DNA from: a virus
Taxonomy: Duplodnaviria; Caudoviricetes
Strand: one strand, 5' to 3'
DNA length: 31,858 nucleotides
Virus record (IMG/VR): IMGVR_UViG_3300033076_000872
Coordinates: 1-31,858 of that record
This document shows, piece by piece, positions 27,611-31,858 of this stretch; the first letter of the stretch is position 1; the number at the start of each line of letters is the position of its first letter. The translations under genes and the position numbers were made by a program. The notes beneath the pieces are model-generated. The model saw nothing but the letters and a program-made list of their open reading frames with translations. It was not told the DNA's origin and ran no database searches.

Positions 27611-29152
27611 TTAATAGTACGCGTGCGATTTGCGTTTGAAGAATGTCGGTTCGTCACGCTCGTCGGAGTCCAACGGAATGAAACCACCTTGCCTGAAACG
27701 CAGCAGTGCCTGGCTGGTCGTGTCCACGTAGTCATCGTGCTCGCCGTTCGGAAACGACGCAACTTCTTCGATCACTTCGCGCGCCCAGCGCGTGTCGGGT
27801 GCCCAGACTTTACCTGAGTAGAACAAGTCAGCCACTGCGTTCATACGCACGATCTTATCGTTTCCGCGGCTCGGTGTAAATTCTTGGACGAAGATGCCCA
27901 TGTTCTTGAGCTCTTGGATGAGCGGCGCGCCGGCCGCCTTCTTCTCGATCACGAACGCATCTGGCTCCCACTCGCGGTAGTGTTTGAGCGCAACTTGTTT
28001 CAATTCTGGGAACTCCATGCGGTCCTTGAACGCGTCCAACAGGATGACCTGGGGCGTGTTGTTTTCTTCCTCGTTGTAGAAGACGCCCCACGTGGTGCAT
28101 GCCGAATAGTCTGACCGGGTCTTGGCTTCAAAGGCCGTATCCCATGACTGGATGACGTAGTCACACTTGGGCGGTTCGTCGCCCTCCCAGATGCGCCAAG
28201 ATTTGCGGGAGACTATGGCAGCTGAGTCCGATGTGGGCTGCTGCATGTACTGCGCGTTCCAATACTGCGGGTCCAGCGAAGCCTTCGTCGCCTTCAACGC
28301 GGACAGCGGCCACTGCTCGGGCCACAGCGATTTCTCGTTCTCGGTGTCCTCGTTCAGAATGGCCGGCAGCTCCACGATCTCCCAAGGTATCGCGTTCGGG
28401 TTCTTGGTCTGGTAGTCGATCAGCCGGCCGGTCAGGTCCAGCAGACTCCACCGCGTCATGATGACTATGATCGCGCCGCCCGGCATCAAACGCTGCAAGG
28501 GACCAGTCTGGAACCACGACCACGCCGTGTCGAACGCCAAGCGCGAGTTTGTCTTCACGTCCTGTTCAGAGTGCGGGTCATCAATTACGAATAAATCTGC
28601 ACCGCGACCCGCAAGAGCACCACCCACACCAGCAGCGTAATACTGGCCACCAGCAGAGGTGGACCACTTTCCAGCAGCCTTTTGGTCAGCCGCCACCTGC
28701 GTATTCGGGAAGACTTCACGGTACTCCTCTGAATCAAGTAAATTTCGGATGCGTCGCCCGAAGTCTTCGGAGAGGCCCGCGGTGTGCGTGCCCATGATGA
28801 TCTTCTTGTTAGGGTTATTACCTAGGAAGTACGCTGGGAAAAGGTAGGAGCTGAACTCCGACTTGCCCATACGCGGAGCGATGTTGATGATGACGCGCTT
28901 CTTCTTGCCGTCGATCACGTCTTGGAAAATCTTGGCCAACTTGCGATGGTGCGGCCCAACCTTGAACCCGGGGTAGACCGCGTTGGCAAACCCGAGCATG
29001 TTTCCTTGGGCGGCCGCCAGGCTGGCGCGCTTCTCGCGCACCTCCAACATGTCGAACAGCTCCATCTTGTCTTGGAGCGACATCGTCGGCAACGCCTTTT
29101 GAAGAGCCAGTAGCTCTTCTTTGCTCAGCGTGGTCAGGGCGTCAAGGTTCAC
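27611..29152 (-). CDS. terL: Terminase large subunit, 513 aa
   Basis: Walker A APRMGKS, Walker B FVIDD, coupling motif MTRW, nuclease SWDTA and HDDYVD. Confidence 0.95.
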   Translation of the reverse strand: MNLDALTTLSKEELLALQKALPTMSLQDKMELFDMLEVREKRASLAAAQGNMLGFANAVYPGFKVGPHHRKLAKIFQDVIDGKKKRVIINIAPRMGKSEFSSYLFPAYFLGNNPNKKIIMGTHTAGLSEDFGRRIRNLLDSEEYREVFPNTQVAADQKAAGKWSTSAGGQYYAAGVGGALAGRGADLFVIDDPHSEQDVKTNSRLAFDTAWSWFQTGPLQRLMPGGAIIVIMTRWSLLDLTGRLIDYQTKNPNAIPWEIVELPAILNEDTENEKSLWPEQWPLSALKATKASLDPQYWNAQYMQQPTSDSAAIVSRKSWRIWEGDEPPKCDYVIQSWDTAFEAKTRSDYSACTTWGVFYNEEENNTPQVILLDAFKDRMEFPELKQVALKHYREWEPDAFVIEKKAAGAPLIQELKNMGIFVQEFTPSRGNDKIVRMNAVADLFYSGKVWAPDTRWAREVIEEVASFPNGEHDDYVDTTSQALLRFRQGGFIPLDSDERDEPTFFKRKSHAYY

Positions 29153-29772
29153 TCGTCGTCCGTTTCGGGAGTTGGCAGGGGTGGGGTGGTGTCTTCGGCC
29201 GCGGGGGTTTCGGACTCAACTTCTCTCACGTCGACCACGTCCACGACCTTCATGAATTTGTTGAGCTTCTCTTTGATCTTGGCTTCGAGCTCGTGGTCGC
29301 TCATCTCGGCCTTCTTGACCTCGACGCGTTCTGTGAACAGTGCGACCTCCGTGACCTTGCCCAACATCTCAAGTGCTTTGAGACGAATCTTGGCGTCGGG
29401 GTGTTTGGTCTCTTCGAAGATTTGTGCGACGGCGTAGCCGCGCAGCTCTTTGGCCTGCTCCACGAACTCCCAGTCGTAGGCGGCCAGCATGCCGGTGATG
29501 TGGCGAACTGCCGCAGGCGTCTTCAGGGTGGTGAGCGCTTTGCGCTGTGTGCCCTCGTCCGAGTCAGTAATCATGGCGGTGAACGCAGCCCGGGCCAGCT
29601 TCTGTGTGGCCTCTGCGTGGGCGTCCTCATCGGGAGGCGCGCCGATTTCTTCCAGCCAATCAGCTGTAGCCACCTGTGCGTCAAGCACGGTAGCGGGCCC
29701 CATCTCGTCGATGGGCTTGAAGTTTCCAGACGGTGTGGGTTCCGGATTAAATTGCACCAATTCTTCAAACAA
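29149..29772 (-). CDS. Putative terminase small subunit, 207 aa (alternative in-frame ATG at 29880 gives 243 aa)
   Basis: TTG start 7 nt after AGGAG; RLKALEMLGK helix; overlaps the terL start (ATGA). Confidence 0.7.
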   Translation of the reverse strand: MFEELVQFNPEPTPSGNFKPIDEMGPATVLDAQVATADWLEEIGAPPDEDAHAEATQKLARAAFTAMITDSDEGTQRKALTTLKTPAAVRHITGMLAAYDWEFVEQAKELRGYAVAQIFEETKHPDAKIRLKALEMLGKVTEVALFTERVEVKKAEMSDHELEAKIKEKLNKFMKVVDVVDVREVESETPAAEDTTPPLPTPETDDE

Positions 29773-29785
29773 GCGAAGGCTCCTG

Positions 29786-29814
29786 TTGTCACCTCGATGC
29801 GCGGAGTGTACACT
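29786..29814 (+). promoter_or_regulatory. Sigma70-like promoter for the plus-strand sRNA
   Basis: TTGTCA-N17-TACACT. Confidence 0.65.
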
Positions 29815-29834
29815 CATTTCCGGTAGTGCGGCAA
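29805..29834 (-). promoter_or_regulatory. Putative late-operon promoter overlapping the sRNA promoter
   Basis: TTGCCG-N18-TACACT on the minus strand; its -10 is the other half of the palindrome AGTGTACACT. Confidence 0.5.
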
Positions 29835-29941
29835 GCAGTTGCCATTTTGGCCTCACGGCCAATACTCGGTTTGCTCGCATTGCTTCTCCTCTGGGAGCGC
29901 AAGCTCCTTTCAGCCCCGGCGTCAAACCTGGGGCTTTTTTT
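29821..29941 (+). ncRNA. Candidate ~120-nt small RNA, antisense to the terS upstream region
   Basis: Promoter, G-U-rich long hairpin, UUCUCCU, GCAA tetraloop hairpin and terminator, all on the + strand. Confidence 0.6.
29912..29941 (+). terminator. Intrinsic terminator (plus strand)
   Basis: AGCCCCGG-loop-CTGGGGC followed by T7. Confidence 0.85.
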
Positions 29942-30417
29942 CGCCTTTCTGTTTCTTGGCAGGCATCACCTCAGAGTCGTTAGATTAGGACTCGAGCCTT
30001 CGGCTTATGCTCGTTTGGGCCCCGCGCAGCGGTGGCCGTGTAGAGACAGGGCTTCCACCTGATTCCACCTCGTTTTTACGCCGGCGTGTCCACGGCGATT
30101 CCCGGAAAGAAATTTAGGTTGGCGGCTTGGTTGGTCAAGCATCCTGAGTGGGGTGCCGCCTGTAACGTCATTCCCACCTACACCAACACCCTCAGTATAG
30201 CCGTTTGACAAAAACCTGCCTGATTTTTTCTAAAATTTTTGGGGGTAGTACTTTTGGCTATAAATGGACAGGGTTTGACAAAAATGCAGAAAGTCGATGT
30301 GGAACAGTGTTCATGCGCCGAGCCATGGGGACGGTCAAAAAGGGGATGTGGGGGGTAGGTGGGGTTCGGAACGGGGCAAAATCATGGTTGTCAACCCCTT
30401 TTGAAAACGTGTTGGCA

Positions 30418-30458
30418 TACAATAGAGGCATCGAGTAGGGAATGGTTCTCTGCTTGAT
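30418..30458 (+). promoter_or_regulatory. Early promoter -10 (TACAAT) followed by a 13-bp leader hairpin
   Basis: TACAAT 30418-30423 with no well-spaced -35; ATCGAGTAGGGAA-TGG-TTCTCTGCTTGAT with G-U pairs. Confidence 0.5.
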
Positions 30459-30479
30459 ATAACTCAAAGGAACTTAATC

Positions 30480-30908
30480 ATGTCTTCAATCAACATTCAA
30501 TCTATCGCCGCCAAGTACGAAGCCTTCTTGCAAGCGGGTATGTCATACGGTGACGCACTAAGCCAAGCCGCCGCCGCGCTCGGTGGGACACCATGTCCCA
30601 CGCTACTAGAAGCCTTGGCCAAGGTACACGCCAAGAAGTACCAATGCAACTACACATGGAACGCCAGCGGCTCTGCCGTGTTCTACACGGGCGACGAATC
30701 AACCCGCGACACACGCCACGAAGCGGCAACTAAGTCTTGGCAACGTAACGTGATGGTGTGGTTCAAGCCAGCCGTGGAACGCGCACGCGCTGAGCCAACC
30801 AAGCAACGTGTCACCGCAGAGGAACGCGCCGCCTTCAAAGCCTTCTTGGCCGCTTGTGGCGGAGACAAGAAACGCGCCGCCACCGTGTTCAAAGCACTCA
30901 ATGCGTAA
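30480..30908 (+). CDS. Hypothetical early protein, 142 aa
   Basis: AAAGGA SD; first gene of the divergent operon. Confidence 0.8.
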   Translation: MSSINIQSIAAKYEAFLQAGMSYGDALSQAAAALGGTPCPTLLEALAKVHAKKYQCNYTWNASGSAVFYTGDESTRDTRHEAATKSWQRNVMVWFKPAVERARAEPTKQRVTAEERAAFKAFLAACGGDKKRAATVFKALNA

Positions 30909-31400
30909 ACCGTGGGACACCATGTCCCACCAACGTGTTTTACAGAACCAACGCAGAAGGGCGGGAGCGCCTCGCCTGACTGCTGTTCCATTCCGTGTCC
31001 ACCACAGGTTTACTTCGCTTTTATTCCCACAAACCTATTTTGGAGAAAACCATGTCCGCAAATATCACCGCTGAGTTCACCACGCCCACAGAAAAGTACC
31101 ACGTCACATCGTGGGGCAACGGCTGGGCGTACGAAGTCACCTGCATGAGCACGGGCGAGAGCTTCTTTATGCAAGACCACGACGCCGAGCAACTGCAAGC
31201 CGAGAGCGAGGAATTCACCAACGAGGTCGTGCTCGCCCAGTACCACGAAGCACTCTGCGAATGAGGCCCACCATGAAACAACTCACCCTCAAACTGCCCG
31301 TCGATGTGGCTTGGTACAGGGCGCGCCTGCGCGCCTTGCGTGAGGAGCATCGCCTCCTCGCTATCGCTGACCATCGGCGCCGTGGGACACCATGTCCCAC
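30583..31400. repeat. Three exact copies of the palindrome GTGGGACA-CCA-TGTCCCAC
   Basis: At 30583-30601, 30912-30930 and 31382-31400. Confidence 0.95.
31052..31264 (+). CDS. Hypothetical acidic early protein, 70 aa
   Basis: GGAG SD before MSANITAEF. Confidence 0.75.
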   Translation: MSANITAEFTTPTEKYHVTSWGNGWAYEVTCMSTGESFFMQDHDAEQLQAESEEFTNEVVLAQYHEALCE

Positions 31401-31443
31401 CAACTTGTTGTGGAGAAGTCATGGGCAGAGCATACCCACCTGA
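31273..31443 (+). CDS. Hypothetical basic early protein, 56 aa
   Basis: GAGG SD before MKQLTLKLP; contains palindrome copy 3. Confidence 0.55.
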   Translation: MKQLTLKLPVDVAWYRARLRALREEHRLLAIADHRRRGTPCPTNLLWRSHGQSIPT

Positions 31444-31774
31444 ATCGGCGAAAAACCCACCTGTTCCCAACATCTGCCCTGTACGTGGGCGTCCCGCAAC
31501 CCGCATGAACATTAGCGAACCCACACCCAGCACCCAGAACACCTATATATATAAATAGATTTTAATAGATATATATATATAAGAGAGGTCACGTGGGTAT
31601 GGACACCTTGGCAAACTTTGTTGTTTTTGTGTTTTAGTTTAAGAGTTTTGGCTAGAAGATGGGTTATCTGGGTTACCCCCATGGGAAATGGCGTGTATAC
31701 TGGCGTTGCCACTAGCCCACAGTAGACGTCAGCTCTTGGGAAGCGGTGGGTATATCAACAAAAGGAGTGGGTAT
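31432..31774. other. Candidate replication origin
   Basis: (TA)n-rich core 31544-31582 flanked by ACCCA x5 on the left and TGGGT x5 on the right. Confidence 0.5.
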
Positions 31775-31858
31775 GGTCAACGAAAAAAGCATTACCTGTA
31801 CTGCGTGTGGGCAAACTAAAGCGTTAGCTGCCTTCCGTGTATGGATTGACCGTGAGCA
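31773..31858 (+). CDS. Partial CDS with N-terminal CxxC zinc knuckle (HNH/endonuclease VII-like start)
   Basis: AAGGAG SD; MVNEKSITCTACGQTKALAAF..., runs off the right edge; candidate -10 TATACT at 31696. Confidence 0.6.
   Translation, partial: MVNEKSITCTACGQTKALAAFRVWIDRE

Noticed and set aside
23-29826. Many plus-strand ORFs in the ORF track (e.g. 1061-1741, 3525-4469, 25143-25955)
   Set aside because: Antisense shadows of the continuous minus-strand genes, without SD or recognisable motifs
29881-29925. terS start at 29925 as given in the ORF track
   Set aside because: Lies in a terminator loop with no SD; starts at 29772 or 29880 have good SDs
29960-30100. tRNA gene
   Set aside because: T-arm-like pieces are present, but there is no correctly spaced acceptor stem, D arm or anticodon arm
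30005-30211. 68-aa minus-strand ORF
   Set aside because: No SD, TTG start overlapping a promoter-like region, sequence better explained as structured non-coding DNA/RNA
30205-30236. Plus-strand promoter TTGACA...TAAAAT
   Set aside because: Spacer is 20 nt, too long; treated instead as part of a direct repeat
30583-31400. CRISPR array formed by the palindromic repeats
   Set aside because: 19-bp repeats separated by hundreds of bp of coding sequence; no cas genes

Overview
About 32 kb of a tailed dsDNA phage with P22-like/podovirus organisation. Nearly the whole window (<1-29772) is one minus-strand late module: putative TerS, TerL, portal, GroES-like co-chaperonin, scaffold, capsid proteins, a block of tiny Lys-rich proteins, head-tail connectors, tail fibres (one with an S74 chaperone), a T-even gp38-like adhesin, holin and M15 endolysin, tail nozzle, a GNAT-like protein and four internal/ejection proteins. 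The last ejection gene runs off the left edge and is missing from the ORF track. No tape measure, sheath, integrase, prohead protease, tRNA or CRISPR array was recognised. Right of ~29.8 kb are a divergent control region, small plus-strand early genes and a candidate replication origin. Most notable: (i) a fully signalled ~120-nt antisense sRNA with an exposed anti-SD, whose promoter overlaps the late promoter; (ii) a chained double-pseudoknot RNA after the capsid gene (Mu-gpT-DE-like); (iii) an exact 19-bp palindrome repeated three times in the early region, twice inside genes; (iv) a [MYFL]xxGGx[VI] motif shared by ejection and small basic proteins. All product calls come from motifs and gene order read by eye; no database searches were run.
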